Shown here: in pieces, positions 19,221-28,195 of the stretch
Layout: every line of letters starts with the position of its first letter
How positions within the stretch are numbered: position 1 is the stretch's first letter
Source: an uncultured bacterium
Lineage (GTDB): Bacteria > Fidelibacterota > UBA2242
Assembly: GCA_964485475.1 (NCBI GenBank)
Contig: CAZAKB010000003.1
Span: forward strand, 1-58,275
Reading direction: 5' to 3'
Length of the DNA: 58,275 bases
The notes under the pieces: generated by a model
The model's input: the letters and a program-made list of their open reading frames with translations, nothing else
What the model was told of the DNA's origin: nothing
The model's database searches: none
Translations under genes and position numbers: made by a program

Positions 19221-21962
19221 TTAGAAATCAATCCCAAGCCCCAGCTTTATCAAGCGTGGCGCTGAGTACATACCGGGGTCTTGAATCCGGTCATAATAAT
19301 CATTGAATTCGCTTTTATGACTGGCCAGGTCCGTATCCCGGACAAGCGCAGTATAGGCCCGACCAGTCTGATTGTTTACCCAGGTTTCGTTTAAACGATC
19401 AAACAGGTTGTATATTGTAAGTGTTAATTTCATTTTAATGTTTTCAGAAATATCAATTTTGTAAAAGCCGTTAAAATCAAATGAATACTGGGCCGGCATC
19501 CAGGAATTATTCGGCAGTAAATTAACTGTAAATAGAATTGATTCGCTAATCGGCGACCATGAATAAGGTGTTCCTGAATTGTAATATCCGGTCAGGTTTG
19601 CACCATATTTGGAAGTCTTGTATCCCACGGTCACATTCAGTGTATGGCGCTGATCCCAGGACATGGGAATCATCTGAGCAATTGGATCAATACTATCACC
19701 CGCTCTATCATAAGTCATAGCGGGGTTATCTGCATTACCACGGGTATACTGTAGTGTATAATTCAGGTTAGTGGAAAACTTATCCATTACCCATTTATAT
19801 TTTATTTCCAGACCTCTGACATTTCCATAATCTTTATTTGTATACAGGCCATATTCTGTTTGTTCGTAAGTACTGACAACCTTGACACTTAATAAATCAT
19901 AAATATCGCGGTAGAATAAGGCAATCTCCAAATCCATCCCGGTCATCAATTCCTGCCACAGGCCGACTTCATAAGTAACCGTCTTTTGAGGGTTAATTGT
20001 CGGATTTCCCAGAATAGTAGAATAATCTGTTGGTGAAATTCTGTATGAATTGCCGACATACATGGCAAATGCCGGTGGCATCTGGAAAAAGTGTCCGTAG
20101 CTGAAGTGCAAGACTGCCGCACTTCCCAGCTGATAGGAGAGTCCTAAGCGGGGACTGATTTGGGTTCTTGGGTCAGCCCAGATATATTCGGACATTTTTT
20201 CCGGATCATCAAACTGGCTTTTATTTGACGGGTTCCGCCACTGAGAGGGATATCTCTTTTTCGGATCATAGTAGTCATAGCGAATACCGAAATTAATGAC
20301 CATATCATTAAATTCCATTTTATCCTGGAAATAGACGGCATATTCAATTGGTTTGACATAAATCGAATCCGTATAGACTGTAGAATCAGATAAGGTAACC
20401 GCCTGATAATTCGGGAAGTAAACCTTTGGTTTGTTATCTAAAAGGACGAAGTAATATAAGCCCTCTTCCTCGAGTCCTCGGTACAGATTCTGGATCTGAC
20501 GTTCCTGGCTGTCGATAATATGCTGGGTGTAATGAAACCCCGTTTTAAAACTGTGATGTTTATTCATCTGCCAGGTAATATCAAATTTTGCATTCTGATC
20601 TATCTGGGTCCGCTCGGTGTGATGCTTCTGCTGACTGCCGGTATAAAAACCGGGACCATCAATCTGACTGTAGACATCGTGAACATAATTGGAATCGGTG
20701 GGGTCTTTATAGACATAATCACCATAAAAATTATCCACATAACTGAGCTTTAGCTCGTAAAAGAATGAGTTATTCAACATATGGTTAAAATTCAGTGCTA
20801 ACATTTTTGAATCCCGATACTGAGTTGCTTTTCCATCGGGATTGTATTTATAGGCATGGTCATAGTTGTGCCATTCATCAGTATTCATAGTCGCCAACGC
20901 AGAGACCTTCAGATTTTTAAACAGTTTCGTGGACAATTTTCCCATAAAGGAGCTGTTAATACTGCGGTTCATTGACACATAGGCGCTATCGCCATTATAT
21001 TCGGTGTACCAGTTTACCGGATCATTTGAACTGTAATAACTGAAATCATCAACATTGAACAGACGATAACCGTTTAAATGATTTTTATTATCCTGGAACC
21101 GGTAATTAACCAAAAAAAACAGGTGATCTTTAATTATTGGACCGTTAAGATTGATTTTATAATCCTGATTGCGATTCAATTCGGCGGGGTCCAGACCAAT
21201 AAAAATATTATCATGAGACGTAAAATAATTGGCCATGGATCCTGAGATCGATCCGTGGAATTTATTACCTCCAACCTTCGTCACAGCATTTACAATTCCA
21301 CTCATAGCATCGCCATATTCAGCATTGAATGTTCCGGTGATCACTTCGAGGTCCTGGATAGATTCCGGTTCAAGGTCCACCGAACGACCCTCACCACCAA
21401 AACCTTCATCCACGGGAATACCGTCAATCATATAGGATACTTCCGTCGAACGACCACCCCGGAAATGCCCTTTTACAACACCGGCTTGCATGGATACAAC
21501 ATCTTCAACACTTTCTATCGGCAAGGCGTCAATTTCACTGGCAGAAACATTTTTTACCGTGCTGGTCTGATCTTTTCGAACAGAAATCTTCTGGGCGGTG
21601 ACAATGACCTCCTGCCCCTCAAGTACAGTGGAACTCATGCCGATTTCAATATACTCGGTCCGGTTGACTGAAACTTGAATTTCCTGTACCACGACCGGAT
21701 TATAACCGATCATCTGAGCTCTAAGTGAATAGACCCCCGGCCTTACGTTGATGATATAGAAATCACCGTTAGCATCCGCGGCCGCACCCATATTCGTACC
21801 CGTCAAAATAATATTCGCGCCGGGCAAAGCATCGCCACTGGATTTATCAAATACGCGTCCGGATATCTTCCCCGTCGTTTGCGAAAAGCTAATGCCTGAT
21901 GTAATCATCACTATAAGAGCAATTGAAAAATAGTAACTCTTTTTATTTCTTAGTCCGACCAT
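19221..21962 (-). CDS. TonB-dependent receptor with N-terminal carboxypeptidase-regulatory-like domain
   Basis: TGKISGRVFD..LPGANI..GAAADANGDFYI; plug HFRGGRSTEVSYMIDGIPV..TGTFNAEYG.AMSGIVN; SPRLGLSY; C-terminal PRLIKLGLGIDF. ATG 21962 has an upstream RBS. Confidence 0.95.
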   Translation of the reverse strand: MVGLRNKKSYYFSIALIVMITSGISFSQTTGKISGRVFDKSSGDALPGANIILTGTNMGAAADANGDFYIINVRPGVYSLRAQMIGYNPVVVQEIQVSVNRTEYIEIGMSSTVLEGQEVIVTAQKISVRKDQTSTVKNVSASEIDALPIESVEDVVSMQAGVVKGHFRGGRSTEVSYMIDGIPVDEGFGGEGRSVDLEPESIQDLEVITGTFNAEYGDAMSGIVNAVTKVGGNKFHGSISGSMANYFTSHDNIFIGLDPAELNRNQDYKINLNGPIIKDHLFFLVNYRFQDNKNHLNGYRLFNVDDFSYYSSNDPVNWYTEYNGDSAYVSMNRSINSSFMGKLSTKLFKNLKVSALATMNTDEWHNYDHAYKYNPDGKATQYRDSKMLALNFNHMLNNSFFYELKLSYVDNFYGDYVYKDPTDSNYVHDVYSQIDGPGFYTGSQQKHHTERTQIDQNAKFDITWQMNKHHSFKTGFHYTQHIIDSQERQIQNLYRGLEEEGLYYFVLLDNKPKVYFPNYQAVTLSDSTVYTDSIYVKPIEYAVYFQDKMEFNDMVINFGIRYDYYDPKKRYPSQWRNPSNKSQFDDPEKMSEYIWADPRTQISPRLGLSYQLGSAAVLHFSYGHFFQMPPAFAMYVGNSYRISPTDYSTILGNPTINPQKTVTYEVGLWQELMTGMDLEIALFYRDIYDLLSVKVVSTYEQTEYGLYTNKDYGNVRGLEIKYKWVMDKFSTNLNYTLQYTRGNADNPAMTYDRAGDSIDPIAQMIPMSWDQRHTLNVTVGYKTSKYGANLTGYYNSGTPYSWSPISESILFTVNLLPNNSWMPAQYSFDFNGFYKIDISENIKMKLTLTIYNLFDRLNETWVNNQTGRAYTALVRDTDLASHKSEFNDYYDRIQDPGMYSAPRLIKLGLGIDF

Positions 21963-22054
21963 ATTTAATTCCCTTAGAACTTCTGTCAATAATGGCAATG
22001 CCTGCTGAATTTAGTTAAACAGTCAATGTCCAACTATAATTATTATTGATTATT

Positions 22055-22087
22055 AAAAAGCGGGGTGCGGATTTACTCCGCACCCCG
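22055..22087 (-). terminator. Rho-independent terminator
   Basis: Minus strand CGGGGTGCGGA-GTAAA-TCCGCACCCCG-CTTTTT: perfect 11-bp stem plus U-tract, ~20 bp after the stop at 22107. Confidence 0.88.
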
Positions 22088-22106
22088 GGTAGTATACAAT
22101 ATGATA

Positions 22107-24650
22107 CTATTTCACCAACATCATCTTTTTTGTTTGTTTGAATACACCGGACTGGATCTGGTAGAAATATACACCGGAAGGAATATTCTCAACATTCCAA
22201 ACAATGTTATACGTTCCCATTGCCCGATAATCATTCACAAGTTCGGCAACCTGCTGTCCAACCATGTTATAGACACGGATGGTTACATCACCGGCGTGCG
22301 GAATTGTGAATTGAATATTCGTTGTCGGGTTGAAAGGATTCGGATAATTCTGTTCCAGACGATAGGACCGCAGGGCATTGTCGTCGGCCAGATCAATGGC
22401 ATTAGCCGCAACACCGGCCGTGTCGCCAATCCATGTATAGCTCCACTGTGTCGGTGACTGCCAGGCCAGATCTGTATTGAACGGTGACCATGCCAAATTG
22501 CCATCCCAGGCACCATCGTTATCATGGAAGTAGAGTTCAAGCGGAATTCTCATACCACGAACCGGGTGAAAACGTGTATCGTCGTTGCCGGCGATTGAAT
22601 CCAATGGTACACGGGCTTCAATAACATAATCTTCACCGCTAAAGTCTTCGAGAAAATAATCAGGATCATCAACCGTCCAGATCGTATTGCCGATATATTC
22701 ATTGACAATACCGTTCGTATGGAACTGGAGTTTGTAATCAGGTTCATTACCACGCATATTCGACCGGTGTTTTGCGCCGGGGGAATTATACAGACCGATG
22801 AAGAATTCAAAGGCATCCTGATTCCACCAATCACCTTCGCCAAAATTATAAACATCGTCGATAACATCGGCAGCGATATAGAGATAATCATCATCAATCG
22901 CCAGGTAAACAGTGGCTTTCAGGTCCAGACTATCAGTGACTGTACCAGCAGCGACATTATTATTTTCCGGAGTCAGGACCCATGGCATTATACCACTGTC
23001 CCACCATTCGGTGAAATCACCATCAGCAGCAAAGTTTGCTGGAACATCCAGTGAAATTGTAGGAATACCTTTCGCTGTATTTGTAATCGCTGTGGAGACT
23101 CCTGCGGGACCGTCATTGCCCCATGAATCAATACAAACGACCGCATAATAATAGGTTATTTCATAATCCAGCAGAGGATACTGAAGATAATGAATAGCAG
23201 TCTGCGTTCCTTCAAGAACACCGGTTGCAACAATTTCAACATTTGAAGCAGTTATATCAGTAATCGTTTGAGTGCTGGCGTAGACATTATAGGATTCGCC
23301 CTCTTCACCTTCATTATCGGCCCAAATAACCAGGTTGTAAAAATCAGCAGACTCTACTGCACCAACATTCTGTACCTCGGTCGTCCCGGTCACATCAATC
23401 GGCGGGTTGCCGGTCCAGATATCATCCAGATATACTGTCCGTCCAAGGGCAGCCGTACTACCCATTAGAATCTTGAGGTCTTTGACCCGGGTGGTATCCA
23501 TCAGTTCGTCGTATTGCATGGCCGAGCCGTCCCAGGCACCGCCATTCCGGTCAAAATTGACCAGTGGAATTTTAACCTCTTTCCAGGTACCGTCATAACC
23601 AACTTCACTCTCTTTGAGCATATAGAATGATTCATAACCCAGATCAGGACCATCACCATCCATGTCGTCATCAGCAATAACAATCTTCAAAGAATCAAGT
23701 CCGGCATCAGCTTTGATCATAAAATGCAATGAGTCGATACCCCAATTGTACTGGAGGTCCTTCTCGGCAGAAAACGAGAACACAAGACCGTCCCACAAGG
23801 CCCAATCGTTGGGAGGCAGGTTCCACTGCAGAGACTGGTCCCCTGAATAGAATTCATCTGTGGAGATAGCATAACCGCCACCACCCCAGCCACCATACAG
23901 GCTAACATTTCCGGGAATGGCATCGCCAGTCCAGAAGACGAGCTCTACCGGTTTAGCCCCTTTAAGAGTCATGTGATCTATAATTATTTCACCATTACTA
24001 CGCTCCCCGCCGGCGCCAGCGGAACCGACGTCAATGGAAAACTCAAGAGAAAAACCTTTAATTTTGTCCAGATTAAGGGTGTAGTTACCGCCAATACCGG
24101 ACCAACCAGTCAGGTTAAATCCGTTCCCGTCCCAAGAATAGTTATTTACAAGCGGTATTTTGATCTCGTTCCAACCGGGTTCCATATCAAGGATATAGTG
24201 GAATGAGTAGTAGTATTCGCATTCGTTAACATCATAGGTTTTATTTCCATCAGGTGAATCACTAACCTCTTGCAGGTTAAAACGCAGATGCGCCCGGCCC
24301 GCTCGTGATTGTGGAATCGAATTGTAAAAATAGAAACTGATCGAATCAAAACCGGTAAAATCATAACAAGCATTGGAATCCGGGTTCCAATGTTCAATTT
24401 TTGTAAAACCGCCCCATGACTCACTGTTTTGAGCACTGTAGACAATCTTCATAGCGCTGTCGCCCATTAACACCGGATCATCAACAAAACTGAAATTAAA
24501 ATACGATGAATCGGCGACGGCGTTATCACCCACAAAGACATCCCAATAGCTTGTGTCTGGGGTAGCGTCAAAACCATTGATCACTTTCTGCCCGTAAGAC
24601 AAACTTACGGCAAGGATCAATACCAAACCAATTAACAATTGCTTCTTCAC
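22107..24650 (-). CDS. Secreted non-catalytic multi-CBM protein (CBM11/CBM30-like beta-sandwiches, FN3-like, CBM9-like) + sorting domain
   Basis: GTG start with strong RBS AAGGAGG; two modules ending GWNEIKIPL and TWKEVKIPL; CBM9/DOMON-like ADGDFTEW..YLYIAADVIDD..DAFEFFI..YVIEARVPL; NYPNPFNPTT CTD. Confidence 0.8.
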   Translation of the reverse strand: MKKQLLIGLVLILAVSLSYGQKVINGFDATPDTSYWDVFVGDNAVADSSYFNFSFVDDPVLMGDSAMKIVYSAQNSESWGGFTKIEHWNPDSNACYDFTGFDSISFYFYNSIPQSRAGRAHLRFNLQEVSDSPDGNKTYDVNECEYYYSFHYILDMEPGWNEIKIPLVNNYSWDGNGFNLTGWSGIGGNYTLNLDKIKGFSLEFSIDVGSAGAGGERSNGEIIIDHMTLKGAKPVELVFWTGDAIPGNVSLYGGWGGGGYAISTDEFYSGDQSLQWNLPPNDWALWDGLVFSFSAEKDLQYNWGIDSLHFMIKADAGLDSLKIVIADDDMDGDGPDLGYESFYMLKESEVGYDGTWKEVKIPLVNFDRNGGAWDGSAMQYDELMDTTRVKDLKILMGSTAALGRTVYLDDIWTGNPPIDVTGTTEVQNVGAVESADFYNLVIWADNEGEEGESYNVYASTQTITDITASNVEIVATGVLEGTQTAIHYLQYPLLDYEITYYYAVVCIDSWGNDGPAGVSTAITNTAKGIPTISLDVPANFAADGDFTEWWDSGIMPWVLTPENNNVAAGTVTDSLDLKATVYLAIDDDYLYIAADVIDDVYNFGEGDWWNQDAFEFFIGLYNSPGAKHRSNMRGNEPDYKLQFHTNGIVNEYIGNTIWTVDDPDYFLEDFSGEDYVIEARVPLDSIAGNDDTRFHPVRGMRIPLELYFHDNDGAWDGNLAWSPFNTDLAWQSPTQWSYTWIGDTAGVAANAIDLADDNALRSYRLEQNYPNPFNPTTNIQFTIPHAGDVTIRVYNMVGQQVAELVNDYRAMGTYNIVWNVENIPSGVYFYQIQSGVFKQTKKMMLVK

Positions 24651-24783
24651 GTTTTCCTCCTTTAATTGTGTTTTAATCGTTATTCTCCTGTATTTTCTCT
24701 CTCCAATTTCTCTAACGGGATAAAATTATCATTAAAAACGCTTTGAATAATGGAAATAAAAAAACTCATTAGCATGAATTTTT

Positions 24784-24799
24784 TCAAAAATCGGGCCAA
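24784..24799 (-). promoter_or_regulatory. Putative sigma54 -24/-12 promoter
   Basis: Minus strand TTGGCCCGATTTTTGA (GG-N10-GA), upstream of the operon starting at 24650. Confidence 0.65.
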
Positions 24800-24871
24800 T
24801 TAATTTTTCCTTTTATAATCATTTTTACTCCGTCTAAAATGTCGCATATATTACAATCGAAATTCCTGGCG

Positions 24872-24909
24872 TTATCATATTAATAATTTAAGCCTTATCG
24901 CTTTAATAA
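24872..24909. promoter_or_regulatory. Tandem palindromic putative activator (UAS) sites
   Basis: TTATCATATTAATAA (24872-24886) and TTATCGCTTTAATAA (24895-24909), 23-bp period. Confidence 0.72.
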
Positions 24910-24921
24910 TTCTATTTCCTT

Positions 24922-26544
24922 TCAGAAAAATACGCCCCACAATATCCCAACGGTCAGGATAAGCACAATTGAAAATAGGATGTTCAGCCTGTCCCATAAA
25001 GAGCCATTCGTCTCAAGCTTACGCCGGAGAGATAGTCCTTTTTTCCCGCCGTTTAATGTAATTTCACGTAGATGCTTACTGTCGGGACGCGCTGAGAAAT
25101 GGCTGACGGTCAGCATAATCAATCCCGAGACTACAAACAGAAATATGGCAAAATGCAAATAATTCACACTGACGAACCACTCAAGTCGATGCAAATGAAG
25201 GATTTCTTTTTTAGTCAGAATCTCAAGTATAAGTCGCGCTGCTCCCAATGCACCCCCGGCAAATAGCGTCGTTGTCGCCGCTTTGCCATTTACCCTCGTG
25301 GAGAACACTCCAAAAATAAATACCGCCGCAATCGGCGGACTGATATAGGCCTGCACACTTTGTAAATAAATAAACAACTGATTGCTTATACTGCGAATCA
25401 GGGGAACCCATAGTATACCGAATAGCACCAGTAAAATTGTTGCCAGACGTCCAATCAGCACCAGTTCCCGCCCGGTCGCTTTTGGCCGGAATTGTAAATA
25501 AAAATCCATAGTAATCAGCGTCGAACTGCTGTTGAATGTGCTGGCCAGTGAAGACATTAAGGCGGCCAGCAGGCCAGCGATCACTATTCCACGTACGCCC
25601 ACCGGGAGTAATTCGCTGATAAGCAACACAAGATAGGCTTCGTCACCGCTGATCCCCGGAAAAAGCGTTAATGCAATCAATCCCGGCAAAATCAGGATAA
25701 AGACCGGTAAAATTTTCAAAAAACCGGCCAGGATCGTGCCACTGCGCGCATGTTGAATATTCCGGGCACTGAGTACCCGTTGCACTATTACCTGATCCGT
25801 ACACCAGTACCATACTGCCAGAATCGGTGCACCAAATACTATTCCTGTCCAGGGAAATTCCGGGTGACTGATAGGTTTGAACATACTGAAGAAATCCGCC
25901 GGCAGGGCGGCTTTTAATCCGTTGAAACCACCAACTTCATGCAATCCAAATACGGTGAGTAATAAAGCTCCTGTGATCAGAACAACGGTCTGAAGTAATT
26001 CGGTATAGATAACCGCGCTTAGTCCACCGGCAATGGTATAAATACCAGTTACAACCACCATCACAATTGCCGAGCTTATCATATTCCAGCCCAGGATTTG
26101 ATGCAAAAGCAGCCCGCCGGCAAATAGGGTAACCGATATTTTGGTCAGAATGTAGGCGATAATAGAAACGGATGTCAGGTACATCCGACTGGCTTTATTG
26201 AACCGGCGCTCAAGAAATTCAGGCACCGTAAAAACTCCGGATTTCAGGTAAAAAGGTACAAAAAACCAGCCAAGGACCAATACAATCAGGCACGCCAGCC
26301 ACTCAAAATGGCCAACGGCCAGTCCGCTGTTAGCTCCGGAACCGGCCAATCCGATAAAATGTTCGCTGGAAATATTGGTGGCAAACAGGGAAGACCCCAC
26401 GGCAATCCAGCCTACGTTTCGTCCCGCCAGAAAATATTCCTCGGGAGTTTTCTCCTTCCGGGAATTATAAAGCCCAATCAGCATCACTGCACCAAAATAC
26501 AGCAACAGCAACAATACATCCAGGCTTTCCAGATAACCGAACAT
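24922..26544 (-). CDS. Sodium:solute symporter (SSS/SLC5), second paralog
   Basis: EYFLAGRNVGW..SLFATNISSEHFIGLAGSG, GGLSAVIYTE, WYWCTDQVIVQRVLSA and AALMSSLASTFNS motifs. Confidence 0.95.
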   Translation of the reverse strand: MFGYLESLDVLLLLLYFGAVMLIGLYNSRKEKTPEEYFLAGRNVGWIAVGSSLFATNISSEHFIGLAGSGANSGLAVGHFEWLACLIVLVLGWFFVPFYLKSGVFTVPEFLERRFNKASRMYLTSVSIIAYILTKISVTLFAGGLLLHQILGWNMISSAIVMVVVTGIYTIAGGLSAVIYTELLQTVVLITGALLLTVFGLHEVGGFNGLKAALPADFFSMFKPISHPEFPWTGIVFGAPILAVWYWCTDQVIVQRVLSARNIQHARSGTILAGFLKILPVFILILPGLIALTLFPGISGDEAYLVLLISELLPVGVRGIVIAGLLAALMSSLASTFNSSSTLITMDFYLQFRPKATGRELVLIGRLATILLVLFGILWVPLIRSISNQLFIYLQSVQAYISPPIAAVFIFGVFSTRVNGKAATTTLFAGGALGAARLILEILTKKEILHLHRLEWFVSVNYLHFAIFLFVVSGLIMLTVSHFSARPDSKHLREITLNGGKKGLSLRRKLETNGSLWDRLNILFSIVLILTVGILWGVFF

Positions 26545-26588
26545 TTTCCTAATTAATCGCTTTTTTGATTCATCATTACTGTTTTTCT

Positions 26589-26605
26589 GACAAATACTAA
26601 GCCAA
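26589..26605 (-). promoter_or_regulatory. Putative sigma54 -24/-12 promoter
   Basis: Minus strand TTGGCTTAGTATTTGTC (GG-N10-GT), ~45 bp upstream of the SSS start. Confidence 0.72.
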
Positions 26606-26676
26606 AATCCGGAGCAGTTTAAGAGAATCAGTATCGAGAGGGAAAAATATTTCCGGCAATAGAAAAACGTGTGAAA

Positions 26677-26714
26677 TTATTAAATTAATAATGAAATGCT
26701 TATCATTTTAGCAA
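26677..26714. promoter_or_regulatory. Tandem palindromic putative activator (UAS) sites
   Basis: TTATTAAATTAATAA (26677-26691) and TTATCATTTTAGCAA (26700-26714), 23-bp period. Confidence 0.72.
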
Positions 26715-26734
26715 GGCGACTTACAAAGATACGT

Positions 26735-28177
26735 TTACTTCAGTTTCAACTCCTTGCAAATCCGAAAAAAATTGGGGGGCGCTAAATCCAGCATTTGAGC
26801 CGCTTCTGCATCGGTTTTACTTAGGCCCCTGACAAACTGAATATAGGCTCGGCGAAACTGACGTTCGATCTCCTTGAGTGGCTTTACATGGTCACGGTCA
26901 AAATTGTAGGACAGGCTTTCACTACTCCCTTCGGCTTTAATCCCAATGGCATCCGCGACCATGGCGTGCGTAACCGATTCGGCATTTAAAAATAACAATC
27001 GCTGAGCCACATTTTGCAACTGACGCACATTTCCCGGCCAGTCATAATCTTCCAGTAGATTACGGGCGTTTTCAGTCAGTTGAGGTACAACGCAGGCCAT
27101 ATCGATCGCATACTGATTTAAAAAATGCATCATCAAAGCCAGAATGTCCTCCCGGCGCTCCTGCAAGGACGGCACATAAATCTGTAGAACATTCAGCCGA
27201 TAAAATAAATCCTCCCGAAATTCCTTTTTTCGTACCATTTTCTGTAAATCAATATTAGTTGCCGAAATGACACGAACATTCACTTCGTAACTCTTTTTTC
27301 GTCCGATTTTATCAATCTGTCCGTCCTGCAATACTCGTAACAGCTTCGATTGGGCCGATAGCGGAAACTCCGATATCTCATCCAAAAATATGGTTCCCTT
27401 ATTCGCCCGCTCAAACAGTCCAGGCCGGCCCTCCTGGGCACCGGTGAATGAGCCTTTTTCAAAACCAAACAATTCACTTTCAATCAAATCCCGGGGAATA
27501 CTGCCGCAGTTTATTGGCACAAAATTTTCCAAGGCCCGGTTGCTGAAATAATGAATGTTGGTTGCCACCAGTTCTTTTCCCGTTCCGGATTTTCCGTAAA
27601 TCAGCACACTGGCATTAGTCGTTGCAAATTGCTGGATTTTTTGTTTAACCTGCTGGATGGCAGGCGATTCGCCGATAATTTGCTTACTTTTAAGAATGTT
27701 TTGAATATTCTTATTCAATTTCAAGGTTGAATCCTGGTGCCGTGATTCCAGCTCTTTTTTCTCATAGGCATTGACAATAGAGAGAATAAAATCCGTTGGC
27801 TGATATATATAATTCTCGATATCACCGGGATATTTGGTGCAGAACCAAAACGCACCGGCCTGGATCAACCGGTTGGCAAAATCAAAATCCGTCTGATGAA
27901 TCGTCATCTTTGTGATTACGATAATTTGAATCAGTGGATTTATTGTTTTGATTTCGCCGATGAGTTCTTCACCCATCAGCCCGCCGGCAATCTGGAAATC
28001 CATAATGACGACATCATAAAAATCACGACGGGTGTTCAGTAAATTTAAGGCTTCAACTCCACTTGATACAATTTCGCTTATCTTAATCTTCTCAAAAGGT
28101 TTAACGGTATTCAAAATCCGGCGAACATCAAATTTCTCATCTTCAATAACAAGTATTCGAATAGTTTTTTCAATCAT
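26735..28177 (-). CDS. Sigma54-dependent response regulator (NtrC family: REC-AAA+-HTH)
   Basis: REC ILVIEDE..VVIMDF; Walker A GKSGTGKE; ESELFGFEKGSFTGA; Walker B TIFLDEI; FREDLFYRL; WPGNVRQLQN; C-terminal HTH. ATG 28177 follows GGAG. Confidence 0.95.
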   Translation of the reverse strand: MIEKTIRILVIEDEKFDVRRILNTVKPFEKIKISEIVSSGVEALNLLNTRRDFYDVVIMDFQIAGGLMGEELIGEIKTINPLIQIIVITKMTIHQTDFDFANRLIQAGAFWFCTKYPGDIENYIYQPTDFILSIVNAYEKKELESRHQDSTLKLNKNIQNILKSKQIIGESPAIQQVKQKIQQFATTNASVLIYGKSGTGKELVATNIHYFSNRALENFVPINCGSIPRDLIESELFGFEKGSFTGAQEGRPGLFERANKGTIFLDEISEFPLSAQSKLLRVLQDGQIDKIGRKKSYEVNVRVISATNIDLQKMVRKKEFREDLFYRLNVLQIYVPSLQERREDILALMMHFLNQYAIDMACVVPQLTENARNLLEDYDWPGNVRQLQNVAQRLLFLNAESVTHAMVADAIGIKAEGSSESLSYNFDRDHVKPLKEIERQFRRAYIQFVRGLSKTDAEAAQMLDLAPPNFFRICKELKLK

Positions 28178-28195
28178 TCGGGGCTCCACCTTTAA

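Noticed and set aside
19221-21962. Calling the receptor SusC and its neighbour SusD
   Set aside because: SusC-specific motifs were not seen, and the neighbour is a 1165-aa non-lipoprotein with FN3 and CTD, unlike SusD.
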